Assembly (NCBI RefSeq): GCF_039654945.1
Contig: NW_027361827.1
Span: 28,458,001-28,522,000, forward strand
DNA: 64,000 bases
Source of the DNA: Dendrobates tinctorius
Lineage: Eukaryota
Reading direction: 5' to 3'
Positions 1-12,169 of the stretch are shown in pieces (position 1 is the stretch's first letter; every line of letters begins with the position of its first letter). Made by a program: the position numbers and the translations under genes. The notes below the pieces were generated by a model. The model saw only the letters and a list, made by a program, of their open reading frames with translations. It did not search any database and was not told where the DNA came from.

Positions 1-237
1 GACAAGATTATAGAAAGTTGACAAAGGGTACAGTATCACCAGATAACAGGCATATATATCATAGTTTAAACATTAAAAACCTATGTCTATATATCAGGAG
101 GCAGGCTCAGAGGGTCTCAGGCCCAGTATGGATTTGACGTGATTGTACAAAGTTGAGAAAGAGTACAGTATCACCGGATAACAGGAATATATGTAGCATA
201 GTGTACACCTGAAAAACCTATGTCTATATATCAGGAG
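1..237 (-). repeat. Remnant of the ~130-bp 3' tandem array of hAT copy A (about 2 units)
   Basis: Two copies of ...gtacagtatcacc(a/g)gataacagg...aaaaacctatgtctatatatcaggag. The reverse complement aligns with the 24960-25494 array unit. Confidence 0.8.
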
Positions 238-660
238 AAAGAAAGGGGAGGACGAATCCAAAACGGCAACCAAAGGTCATAGTGAAAAATATATTCTATT
301 TTGTGCTAATGCAAGGAACAAATAGCTAATAAAAACATGCAAGTACTAGTTAATCATTGATAACACATGATCAGGACCCAGGGCACCATATTGCCAATAA
401 TATACCAGTATTGTCATATAAGACATAAAAACGTCGTTTCATCAGGATAAACACAGCAAAGGTAAATGGAATCTCCTGTGGGCATATATTGTTTTATGAG
501 TACTTGTAGACTTGTCCCTAAATGCGGGCAGATATTATGTACAAACAATCGCAATCACACCAGTATATAGTAATTTACCTGAGAACAGCCAGTGCAGGCA
601 AAAAGAGGGTCCCCGGGCCCGCCCCAACACGCGTTTCGGACACACCTTCTTCATGGGGAT
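238..660 (-). mobile_element. Penelope-like pLTR fragment with a degenerate minimal hammerhead (622-658)
   Basis: A-rich segment ending in a motif that reads CCCC-ATGAAGA-AGG-tgtgt-CC-GAAACGCGT-gtt-GGGG on the minus strand, the layout of minimal hammerheads in Penelope-like elements. Confidence 0.55.
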
Positions 661-719
661 ACAAGTACAGACATAAAGTCAAGTGATTGCAGAAATTTTG
701 GAATTACTAATCGCGGTAA

Positions 720-1212
720 AAACTCCTGGGAGAATTCTCAGAGGCGATGCTGACCCTCAATTACTTTGTCTGTGGAGACAGCGAAAACAGTTCTTGTGAA
801 GAAAGGTTTGCTGTATCGCAGTACCGTGGAACCCATCACCATTACTCATCTCCATCAAATTGTGATCACAGGGACAGATGTAGACATTGTCCTCACTGCC
901 TATCATGATCTGTCAGGTAACTTTGGGGTGCAAAAGACAGAAGCCACAGGCCGTAGGCGATTCTATTGGATTAACATGAGAGGACACATTTAAAAATGTG
1001 GGCAGGAATGTCACACGTCTGTGAGTCGGAAAACCGTGAAAGCTGATGATAAACCATGACTGCATCTCATTGTGAGTCGACGTCCATAACAAATGGAAGC
1101 CATTGATCATCTGAAGATAGAGCCCAGCAGGACAGGGCCTAGCTACGTCTTAACCATCATCTATCATTTCACCAAATTTGTATTGGCAGTCCCAGTGAAG
1201 TATTTAACAGGC
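720..1212 (+). pseudogene. Gypsy LTR-retrotransposon integrase fragment (zinc-binding region into the core)
   Basis: ORF 766-993 reads LLYR...HQIV...VLTAYHDLSGNFGVQKTEAT-GRRRFYWINM. Downstream frameshifted codons continue into integrase-like sequence (YVLTII.HFTKFVLAVPVK). Confidence 0.75.
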
Positions 1213-4200
1213 CAGACTACACAGTGGTGGAGCAGGGAGAGGTAAGTATTGCAAGTGCTGGTGCCCTGAGCAAGCAGAGGGGCCCACTCATAGTATTCCG
1301 GTGTGTCTGACGGTGGGTGTGCACCCCCACCGTCAGAGACACTTGATTGTACTATGAGGGACCCTGTGCCAGTGCTGTTGCCCAAGAGTGGTCCCACCCA
1401 CCTGTCCAGGGCAATGGCACTCGCACGGGTGTGTGCGCCAGGTGGCGACCCCGGCCTTGTGGGGGGAGGCAGCACAGTTAGGGAGGTGGAAAAAATGGCA
1501 TATGTTGATGTTGGACATTCAGCAGCTGCAAATGGAGTAAATGGAGAAGTCCACGGAAGAGGAGGACAAAAGCGAGCCATTTTTCTGGCAACCTACGTGT
1601 CAGCAGGGGAGGGTGGGACAAAATCCTTTGAAACCCATGCATGGTTCATTTTAATGAAGGTTAGATCATCAACATTTTGGGTCGACAGACGGGTCCTTTT
1701 TTCTGTCAGGATTGATCCAGCAGCACAGAAGACTCTTTCAGATAACACACTAGCAGCAGGGCAAGCGAGCTCCTGTGAGGCATATTGTGCCAATTCAGGC
1801 CAGGTGTTAAGTTTACTGGCCCAATAGTCAAAGGGGAATGACCGGTGAGGGAGAACATCGATATGGGAGAAGTAGTTTGATACCCTAGTTGACAACTGCT
1901 GTCTCCTGTCACTTTCAATCGATGAAGTATTACCAGTCGTGTGAGCAGTTCATGAAAAATCTGTCCAGAACATGGTCATGAAACAGCAACGGCACTTCGG
2001 CTGTGTGCACCACGAACACCTCTTCCATGTTGCCCCCTACGGCTCGTGGGAGAAACATCACCACCGCTGTGTGCTGGGAATGCCTCAAACAAACGGTTTA
2101 CCAGAGTTGCTTGTTTGTTAGCCAATATTAGCTCTAGGTTCTCCTGTGGCATGATGTTTTGGAATTTGCCTTTATAGCGTGGATCCAGGATGCTGACCAA
2201 CCAGTATTCGACATCGTTCATCATTTTGGCAATGCGGTGGTCCCTTTTTAGGATCTGCAAGGCATAATCAGACATGTGGGCCAATGTTCCAGCTGTCAAT
2301 GATGCACTGCGAGTGCTGGGTTGAGGAGCACTTTCTGGCAAATCAACATCCCTCCAGTCACGCACAAACCCAGTACCTGACCTTGCCATTCCAACATTTT
2401 TTCTTGCCCCCTGAGAAGCATAATCCTCCCCAAAATAATCATCACCATCATCCTCCTCCTCTTCCTCTTCTTCCTCCACCTCATCCACGAGACTTCCCTG
2501 AGAAGACAATGGCTGACTGTCATCAAGGCTTCCCTCCTCGTCTTCCTCCTCGGCTGCAGACACCTGCTCCTTTAATGTGCGTCAAAGTTTGCATGAGCAG
2601 ATGCATAAGTGGGATGCTCATGCTTATGATGGTGTCGTCTGTGCTTACCAGCCATGTGCATTCCTCAAAACACTGAAGGACTTTACAGAGGTCTTTCAGC
2701 TTTGACCACTGCACACCAGACAACTCCATGTCTGCCTGCAAACTGCCGGCCCGTGTATCCTCCCACAAATGAATTACAGCCTGCCTCTTTTCGCACAGCC
2801 TCTGAACCATGTGCAGGGTGGAGTTCCACCTTGTTGCAACGTCGATAATTAGGCGGTGCTTGGGAAGGTGGAGCAATCGCATACGACTGGAGTGTACGGG
2901 CGACCAGCGGATGTGCGAGCACAGTCTTCGCATGTTATAGAGCAGGGGTGTTAACTCCAGATTATTATTGAGGAAGCACTGCACCACCAGGTTCAAGGTG
3001 TGAGTCAGGCAAGGTATGTGTGTGAGTTTTGAAAGGGCTATGGCTGCCACAAAATTCTGGCCGTTTTCACTAACTACCTTGCCTGGCTCAAGATGTCGAG
3101 TGCCCAGCCATGACTCAGTTTGTCGCTGCAAGTAGTCGGCCAGTACCTCCGCGGTGTGTCTGTTGTCGCCCAAACACATCATCCTCAACACAGCCTGCTG
3201 ACACTTACCACTAGCTGTTCGATAGTGGGACACCTCGTGTGCAACACTGGCAGCTGCGGATGGAGTGCTCGTGCGACTGCGCTCTGTGGACGAGCTTTCG
3301 CTTCTGGAGGAGTAGGAGGAGGAGGGTCGAATGCCTACAGCGAACTGTTTCCTATACCGTGGGCTAGGCAGCACTGTCCCACCGCCACTGTCCCCTGTGG
3401 ACCCTGCATCCACCACATTAACCCAGTGCGCAGTGATGGACACATAACGGCCCTGGCCATGCCTAGTGGACCATGCATCTGTTGTGAGGTGCACCTTTCC
3501 ACTCACTGATTACTTGAGTGCATGGACAATGCGGTCTTTCACATGCACGTGGAGGGCTTGGATGTCTTTTCGCGAAAAGAAGTGCCGACTGGGTAGGTCA
3601 TAGCGTGGTACTGCATAGGCCATGAGCTCGTGGAAAGCTTTGCTTTCAACCAACCAGTAGGGCATCATCTCTAACGAGATTAGTTTGGCAATGTAGGCGT
3701 TCAAAGCCAGTGTACGCGGATGAGAGGATGAGTACTTTCTTGTCCTACTCAGAGTCTCTGGTAGGGTGAGCTGGACTTGAGAGCTGCATATGGTGGAACT
3801 AGCGATGGACATGGCGGACTGAGAGAGGGTTGGTGATGTGTTGGTGGTGTTGCTGATGGCCTAGATTTAGTCTTTCATTGCAAAAACATTGTGATTCCCT
3901 GACTGCTTTGGCCTTGTTAAGACACCTCAACATTTCTTGCTGGTGGTGTGCTAACTGGTGGGCTTACAGTGGGGGAAGCGATGTAGCGTTGCTGACTACC
4001 TTCATTCAGAGCAGGTGTACATGTGGTATGTGAGCTTTGGTAGTCTGCCCACGCTTGCAAGTGCATGGTGGTTAAATGTCTAAGCATGCAACTGATATTC
4101 AAATATCTCAGATTTTTCCCTCGGCTAAAGGTCTTTGCGCACTTCTTACAGATAACTTTTGCCTGATCATTAGGATTTTGTTCAAAAAAGTGTCACACTG

Positions 4201-4394
4201 CACTCTTCTTACTATGGAAGACATTTTGAGACCTTGCACGCTGTGCTAATTTGACCATCTGGCCAAGCTGTTCTGCAACTCTTTTGGTTTTTGTAACACG
4301 TTTTTGCACTGCTACGGTCATAAATAAGCCAACAACTTAGTGAAAGACACAATCACTAAATAATTCTAGAGCATATATGGATATTCATAATAAG

Positions 4395-6955
4395 TAGTGT
4401 TGAGCATTCCGATACCGCAAGTATCGGGTATCGGCCGATACTTGCTGTATCGGAATTCCGATACCGACTTCCGATATTTTTTCAATATCGGAATTCGGCA
4501 TCGGAATCGGAAGTTCAAAGTTGATTGACGGCCTGACGTCATCATGATGCGCGGTGTGTGCGCATCATGATGCGCCGTCATTTCGGGCCTTCCGGGGGTC
4601 TCTGCCGGCCTGCCGGGGGGCTGTGTGGACTGCCCGGGGTCGGTACCGGCCTGCCGGGGGGCTGTGCCGGCCTGCCGGTGGTCTGTGCACCCTGTGGGGG
4701 TCTGTACCGGCCTGCCGGGGGGCTGTGCCGGCCTGCCGGTGGTCTGTGCACCCTGTGGGGGTCTGTACCGGCCTGCCGGGGGGCTGTGCCGGCCTGCCGG
4801 GGGGCTGTGCTGATGTCCGGGGGTCTGTGCAAGCATCGTCCGATGGGACTACAAGTCCCATCTGGCGATGCCTGCTACCATGACAGTGATTGACACATTA
4901 GCCAATGATGGGACAGTAGTAGTCCCATCATCCGGCTAATGTGTTAAATGTTAAAAAAAAAAAAAAAATACTACATACATACTACATACATACTACATGC
5001 TACATACATACTACATATATACTACATGCATGCTACATACATACTACATGCTACATACATACTACATATATACTACATGCATGCTACATACATGCTACAT
5101 ACATACTACATATATACTACATACATGCTACATACATGCTACATACATACTGCATGCTACATACATACTACATACATACTACATACATACTACATACATA
5201 CTACATGCATGCTACATACATACTACATACATACATACTACATGCATGCTACATACATACTACATGCTACATACATGCTACATACATGCTACATACATAC
5301 TGCATGCTACATACATACTACATACATACTACATACATACTACATACATACTACATGCATGCTACATACATACTACATACATACATACTACATGCATGCT
5401 ACATACATACTACATGCTACATACATACCACATACATACTACATACATACTACATACATACTACATGCTACATACATACTACATATATACTACATGCATG
5501 CTACATACATACTACATGCATGCTACATGCATGCTACATACATACTACATGCTACATACATACCACATACATACTACATACATACTACATACATACTACA
5601 TGCTACATACATACTACATATATACTACATGCATGCTACATACATACTACATGCATGCTACATGCATGCTACATACATACTACATGCTACATACATACCA
5701 CATACATACTACATACATACTACATACATACTACATACTATATATATACTACATGCATGCTACATACATACTACATGCTACATACATACCACATACATAC
5801 TACATACATGCTACATGCTACATACATACTACATACATACTACATGCATGCTACATACATACTACATGCATGCTACATACATACTACATGCATGCTACAT
5901 GCATGCTACATACATAGTACATGCTACATACATACAACATACATACTACATACATGCTACATGCTACATACATACTACATATATACTACATGCATGCTAC
6001 ATACATACTACATATATACTACATGCATGCTACATACATACTGCATGCTACATGCATGCTACATACATACTACATACATACTACATGCTACATACATACC
6101 ACATATATACTACATACATACAATACATTCATACAATACATACATAGACATACAGTACATATAACATAGAGTAACATACTTACCAATACTTGTCACATTG
6201 TTCCCCGAAGCCATTGTCTTTTCCGGAATAAATATTAACATAACAAACCACAAAAATACTCACCCACGATCCGAAGCAGTCCACGAGTGTGTCCCACGAC
6301 GATCTTGGGTAGAGAACTGCAGCATCAGATGATGCTGCCGTTCTCTACGGGCTGCAGGAATCCAATGACGGAAGGTAGGTATCCTTCCGCACTGTATTCC
6401 TCCGCCACTTAAAAAAAAAAAAAGTCCCTAGTCTCACTTTATGCCATTGCTGTGTGTGAGACTGTCCCATCATTGGCTAATGTGTCAATCACTGTCATGG
6501 TAGCAGGCATCGCCCGATGGGACTTGTAGTCCCATCGGACGATGCCTGCACAGACTCCCGAAGCCTGCACAGACCACCGGCAGGCCGGCACAGCCCCCCG
6601 GAGCCTGCACAGACCACCGGCAGGCCGGCACAGCCCCCCGGCAGGCCGGCACAGCCCACCGGAGCCTGCACAGACCACCGGCAGGCCGGCACAGCCCCCC
6701 GGCAGGCCGGCACAGACCACCGGAGCCTGCACAGACCCCCTGGCAGGCCGGCACAGCCCCCCGAAAGGCCCGTACAGACCCCAGAGAGGCTGTACAAGGC
6801 AAAAACAGGGTTTTTCTTATTCCGATACCGGAAGTCCCATAGACTTGAATGGGACTTCCGGTATCGGAATCGGCGATACCGATACTTTTTTTAAAGATCG
6901 GCCGATCCATTCCGATCCGATACTTTGAAGTATCGGACGGTATCGCTCAACTCTA
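4395..6955. mobile_element. Non-autonomous hAT element, 2561 bp
   Basis: TIRs TAGTGTTGAGC...GCTCAACTCTA. Perfect 8-bp TSD ATAATAAG at 4387-4394 and 6956-6963. Subterminal CCGATAC/GTATCGG motifs. Inverted GC-rich arms at ~4590-4915 and ~6460-6790. Confidence 0.93.
4968..6155. repeat. Compound TACA/TAC/TGCA microsatellite inside the hAT MITE
   Basis: About 1.2 kb of tacatacatac / tacatgcatgc units. This explains the spurious H/T/Y-rich ORFs. Confidence 0.95.
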
Positions 6956-8150
6956 ATAATAAGCATAATAACCTTCTCAAAAGAATGAATAAACCAAAAG
7001 AGTCCAGAGAAATAAAGACTCACATAAATTTATTTACTTATACAAGGAAATATGAACAGAACAAATAGACACAGTAAAATACCATAAATATGATTACAAG
7101 GAGATAGATACATGATAGATATATTGGCCACAATAAAAGAGTAATCATATGAACATAATAATACTGATAAAGTGCATAGTGTAAACAGGATGAAAAATAG
7201 CCAATCATAAAGTGCGTCTCAGGCTCCCTCCAACATTTCGCCTACCGTGGCTTTTTCAAGGACTTTTGAGAAGGTTATACTGCTACGGTCATGCCAGATA
7301 ACAGCTGTTGCGATGTCGTTGCCTGCTGCAGATCCTCCTCCTCTTCTGAGCTATTGGCAGCGGCACCCTCTTCCCTCAATGGATGCCAATCTGGGTCAAC
7401 AACTGGGTCATCCATCACCTCCTCTTCAATTTCATGTGCACATTCCTCTGTGTCACCGTGTAAGGAGGCATAGTATGCGGGAAGGCGCACCTGAGTTTCA
7501 TCTGGGTCTGATTCTGCCTCAGTACACTGCGAGGACAATGTAGTGCTCTGAGTGAATGTACCAGCAGAAAAATCTAGCAGTGGCTGTGCATCAGTGCACT
7601 CCAAGTCAGATTCATCTTGGACTGGGGAATTCACGATTTGACTTGCTAACCCAGGCATGGTATGTGAAAAGAGTTCCATGGAGTAATCGGTAGTGTGGCC
7701 TGCCACATCCTTCACTTTTGGTAGGGGTGAAGGACACAAGGAAACGTGTTGTTCCTGACCAGGAGCCTCCACTGATGACTCAGTGCTTTTATTTTTTGAA
7801 ACTTCAGAAGAGGAGGCGACAGAGCTGGAGGCTGTTTCAGCAATGTAAGCCAAAACTTGTTCCTGAAGCTCCGGCTTTAAAAGTGGTTTACCTACTCCCA
7901 GAAAAGAGAGCCTTCGAGGCCTTGTGGAGCCAGACGATGACGCAGGCTCAACACCTCCTGCCTTAGGTGCTATTGTGCTTTTGCCACTACCAACAGATGC
8001 AACACCACCACCACCACCATCAGGACCAGCTGGCAACCCCCGCCCACTTCCATGGCGTCTTCCACCATACTTCCTCATTTTTGTGAAAATGTACCCAAAA
8101 TACCACCTGCTATATGGTACTGTAAAACAAGGTAGAAGGTGTATCTACTA

Positions 8151-8977
8151 TTGGTGAGAATTTGAATCTCACTATAGATTTGAGAACACAGAACTATTGT
8201 CTCAGGCCCAGTAGAGATTACACCTCAATGTAACAGGCTGAAATTGGATGGTGAATGACAAGGTGGAGGGTGTCTATAGGACTGGTGAGAATTTGAATCT
8301 CCCTATAGATTTGAGGACGCTGAACTATTGTCTCAGGCCCAGTAGAGATTACACCTCAATGTAACAGGCTGAAATTGGATGGTGAATGACAAGGTGGAGG
8401 GTGTCTATAGGATTGGTGAGAATTTGAATCTCCCTATAGATTTGAGGACGCAGAACTATTGTCTCAGGCCCAGGAGAGATTACACCTCAATGTAACAGGG
8501 TGAAATTGGATGGTGTATGACAAGGTGAAGGGTGTCTATAGGATTGGTGAGAATTTGAATCTCACTATAGATTTGAGGACGCTGAACTATGGTCTCAGAC
8601 CCAGTAGAGATTACACCTCAATGTAACAGACGGAAATTGGATGGTGTATGACAAGGTGGAGGGTGTATATAGGATTTGTGAGAATTTGAATCTCACTATA
8701 GATTTGAGGACGCTGAACTATGGTCTCAGACCCAGTAGAGATTACATCTCAATGTAACAGATGGAAATTGGATGGTGTATGACAAGGTGGAGGGTGTCTA
8801 TAGGATTGGAGAGAATATGAATCTCACTATAGATTTGAGGACGCTGAACTATTGTCTCAGGCCCAGTAGAGATTACACCTCAATGTAACAGGCTAAAATT
8901 GGATGGTGTATGACAAGGTGGAGGGTGTCTATAGGATTGGTGAGAATTTGGATCTCACTAGAGATTTGAGGACACTG
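8151..8977. repeat. 131-bp tandem array (~6.3 units) upstream of the copy A transposase
   Basis: Unit starts (t/c)tggtgagaatttgaatctc at 8151, 8282, 8413, 8544, 8675, 8806 and 8937. Confidence 0.95.
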
Positions 8978-9667
8978 ACAATGATGCTCTCAGTCTAAGT
9001 ATGGATGCAGGCAGCCTAATAAGCATGACTGCTTCACACACAAAAGGGTGGAAAAATGAGCGCTTGGTAACTATGCAGAAAAGAGGAAGAAAAGTATTTT
9101 TGCTTTTAAAAAAGCAGTTTGCACAGCGGTGTGCAAACAGCAATGCAGCTATCAGGGAGCCTTATAAGGCAGCCTAATAACCAACAGAGCTGATGCACAA
9201 AAATAGAGCCTCCCCTGTCACTGCACACAAAGTGTTGTGTTGTAAGTGGAAATCGCTAACAGCAGAAGCAGTTTTTGGGTTCTTCTTCCCTGCCTAACGC
9301 TCTCCCTTATTCTGAATCAGCAGCAGCAACCTCTCCCTAATGCTAAGATTGGCAGAAGTAAGATGGCGGTCGGCGTTCACGCTCTTTTATAGTCCCTGTA
9401 ACGCCACACAAAGCCAGCCAATCACTTGCATGCCCTTCTCAAAGATGGTCTTGACCAATGCCTATGTCATCGCATTGCCCACAGTGTGCGTCCTCCATCA
9501 TTGGCTGAAAAAGGGCGCTTGAAGCATCTTTTGAAACGTGACTTTGGCACTCTGGTCGCCGACCTCGTGGCCGGCCTCACGCTATGGTCGGGTTTCATTT
9601 CATGAAACCCGACTTCAGCGAAAGTCGCCAACTTTTGAATATGACTGACCCGATTCACTCAACTCTA

Positions 9668-10850
9668 CTTTTGACATTTCTTGCAAGCCCCAATTCACTG
9701 TCAACTTTGGATAATCTGATTTGTGCCCTGCAAGTTCTGCAGACAGCATTATATTCTTCTTTAGATATGCCTCCCTCTTTCCATTTTATAAACATTTCTT
9801 TCTTCCTTTATAGCATTTGCTTAAGTTCTGTGTTCATCCATCCTGGTTTCCTTAAATGCTTCCTATTCTTCCCTCTTTTCAGAATTGCTAACAATTGTGC
9901 TTTGAGATTTTCATTTTTCAAGATTTCCCATCCTTCCTGGACATTTTTGTCCTTAAGGATATCCAACCATTGGATCCCTCCAATTCTCTTTCTGAATCCC
10001 TTAAAATCTGCCTTTCTGAAATCTAACCTTGACGTCTGAGTCTTCACAGGTCTTCCTTCTCTAGTTATCCAAAATTCTAAAATAGCATGGTCGCCACCTC
10101 CTAGGGTCCCAGCCACTTTCACGTCCTCAACCAATTCCTCCCTGTTTATAAGGATTAGATCCAAGGTAGCAGTTCCCCTTGTTTTCTTCCCTACCTTTTG
10201 GAAGATAAAGTTGTCAGCAAGAGAGGATAAGAATATCCTTGACCTGTTAGTTTTGCCTGAGAGAGATTCCCAACAAATGTCAGGATAGTTGAAATCTCCC
10301 ATGACAATTATGTTATATTTTTTGGAGAACTTGGCCATTTGATGCATAAAGAGTTCATCCATATCTTCAGCTTGCACAGGCGGCCTGTAGTAAATGCCTA
10401 CAATGGTGTCCTTTCCGTTGTTCTGTCCTTGTATTCTTACCCAAACAGTTTCCACAGAACTCCCAGTCTCTGAAGCTTCAATCTCTGTGCAGATATACGT
10501 GTTTCTAACATACAATGCGACACCTCCTCCTCGTTTATCAAGTCTGTTTTTTGCAAATAAGTTGTATCCTTCTAGTCTTGTATTCCAATCATGTGTATTG
10601 TCCCACCAAGTTTCAGTGATTCCAATGACATCATATTTCTTTTCCTGTGTTAGTAGTTCCAATTCTCCTTGTTTGTTGCCCATGCTTTGTGCATTAGTAT
10701 AGAAACATTTTAGTACGTGATTGATTTCTCTGTCTCCAATATTTTTATTAATTAGATTCTTTTGTCTTTGTTCTTCCCTTCCACTTCTGATAGCAGAATT
10801 CTCAATAGCATTTGTCAGGTGTATGGCTTTTTCTGGCCTTTTGCTTCCCT
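9668..10850 (-). mobile_element. CR1-clade LINE fragment, ORF2 AP-endonuclease domain (ORF 9808-10683), cut by hAT copy A
   Basis: Motifs YTNAQSMGNKQGELE, YDVIGITETWWD, RGGGVALYV, VGIYYRPP, VMGDFNYPDICW, TRGTATLDLIL and GGGDH. Confidence 0.93.
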
Positions 10851-10857
10851 TCCCATA

Positions 10858-11145
10858 TTGTGATGAGCGAGTATACTTGTTGCTCGGGTTTCCTCCGAGT
10901 ATTTTGGCGTGCTCAGAGATTTAGTTTTCGTCTTATCTGCATGATTTGCGACTTGCAGACAGGCTGAATACATGTGGGAATTCTCTAACAAACAGGCATT
11001 CCACACATGTATTCAGCCTGTCTACAAGTTGCAAATCATGCAGATGAGACGAGGAAAACTAAATCTCCGAGCATGTCAAAATACTCGGCGGACACCTGAG
11101 CATGCTCGGAAAAACCCAAGCAATGAGTATACTCGCTCATCACTA
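10858..11145. mobile_element. Small palindromic hAT-type MITE (~288 bp)
   Basis: TIRs T(T/A)GTGATGAGCGAGTATACT...AGTATACTCGCTCATCACTA. The two halves are reverse complements over nearly the whole length. No clear TSD. Confidence 0.8.
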
Positions 11146-11269
11146 AGTTCATCAAACTAAGCAATGTTCCGCAGTGAGGATTTAGCAGAGCTGGTCTGGG
11201 TAAAGTCACAGGTAATGAGGCACAGAATTCAAACTCAGATACAAGGGTACAGTAACCAAATACAGATTT

Positions 11270-12169
11270 AGGCTATGTGCCCATGTAGCGATTTAATCCG
11301 GACTCCTTCCCAGAAATCGCACTTTTTTTTCTGCGCGATTTCACCGCGATTATGTTTGCGATTTTGCCGCGATTTTCGCGTGCGATATTCAAGCACTTTG
11401 AAGCATCGCTTGGAAAGTGATTGACAGGTTGGTCACACTCGTCAAACATAGTGTTTGACAAGTGTGACCAGATTTTTACTATTGAGGCTGCCTATGCGGC
11501 ATCAATAGTAAAAGATAGAATGTTAAAAATGATAAAAAAATAAAAAATCGTGGTATATTTACCTTCCGACGTCCCGCGCAGTCTCAGCGACGCTCCCGTT
11601 CCCAGCGATGCCTTGCGAGACCTGTGATGATGTTGGTCTCGCGTTGCTATAGCGATCTCACGGGACCGCTAAAGTCACGCAAGACTACGTCATCACAGGA
11701 CCTTGCCGCAAGGCATTACTGGGAACACTGAGGCCGGGAAGGCAGCGCGGGACGTCGGAAGGTAAATATACCCCGATTTTTTATTCTTTTTTTTACACGG
11801 CTATGGTACCCAGGGCCTGGAGGACAGTCTCCTCTCCTCCACACCGTGGGTACCAACCGCACATGAGACGCTTAACTTCCCGCATGGTGGGCATAGCCAC
11901 ATGCGGGAAGTAAGCGATTCTCATGTATTCCTATGGGTGCGGAATCGCGGCAATTCTTTGCGATTCTGCACAAAAGAATGAGCTGCTGCGATTTTTTCCG
12001 CGATGCGATTCCGCCATGGAAAAAAGCGCAGCATTAGCACAGCATGTGCGGAATGCCATAGGAATGCATGGGGTGAGTTCTGTACACGATTTTTAAACGT
12101 TTTCACAGCATTTTCACGCCGAAAATCGCAGCAAAAACGCTTAAAAATCGCATCGTGGGCACACAGCCT
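11270..12169. mobile_element. T2/Kolobok-type MITE
   Basis: Termini AGGCTATGTGCCCA...TGGGCACACAGCCT in a TTA(A)-like context. Contains the internal hairpin GGTCACACTCGTCAAACA...TGTTTGACAAGTGTGACC. A reversed relative lies at 62810-63755. Confidence 0.8.

Larger units (their letters stand above)
4322..7278 (-). mobile_element. Short retroposed insertion (Penelope-like pLTR fragment, ~0.4 kb without the nested MITE) with a 14-bp TSD
   Basis: ACTGCTACGGTCAT is duplicated at 4308-4321 and 7279-7292. The body is A-rich. A hammerhead-like remnant TCC-TTGAAAA-AGCC-acggta-GGC-GAAATGTT-GGA lies on the minus strand at 7228-7263. Confidence 0.7.
1593..8078 (-). pseudogene. hAT transposase of copy A, fragmented by stops, frameshifts and a 2.96-kb insertion
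   Basis: ORF pieces 7275-8078 (N-terminus), 3917-4102 (end of BED finger, CMLRHLTTMH), 3510-3812, 2523-3506 (TTDAW, CLTH, TRWNS), 1976-2563 and 1593-1895 (hATC domain, ACPAASVLSERVF). Confidence 0.92.
1..9667 (-). mobile_element. hAT (Ac/ZBED-like) DNA transposon, copy A; decayed, with nested insertions; 3' end lies beyond the window start
   Basis: Terminus CACTCAACTCTA at 9656-9667 matches the TIR of copy B. The subterminal region (~9300-9660) and the transposase are colinear with copy B in reverse. Positions 1-237 are the reverse complement of a relative of copy B's 3' 130-bp array. Confidence 0.92.

Noticed and set aside
4941-6169. Long 300-400 aa ORFs in three frames
   Set aside because: They are artefacts of a stop-free TACA/TGCA microsatellite.
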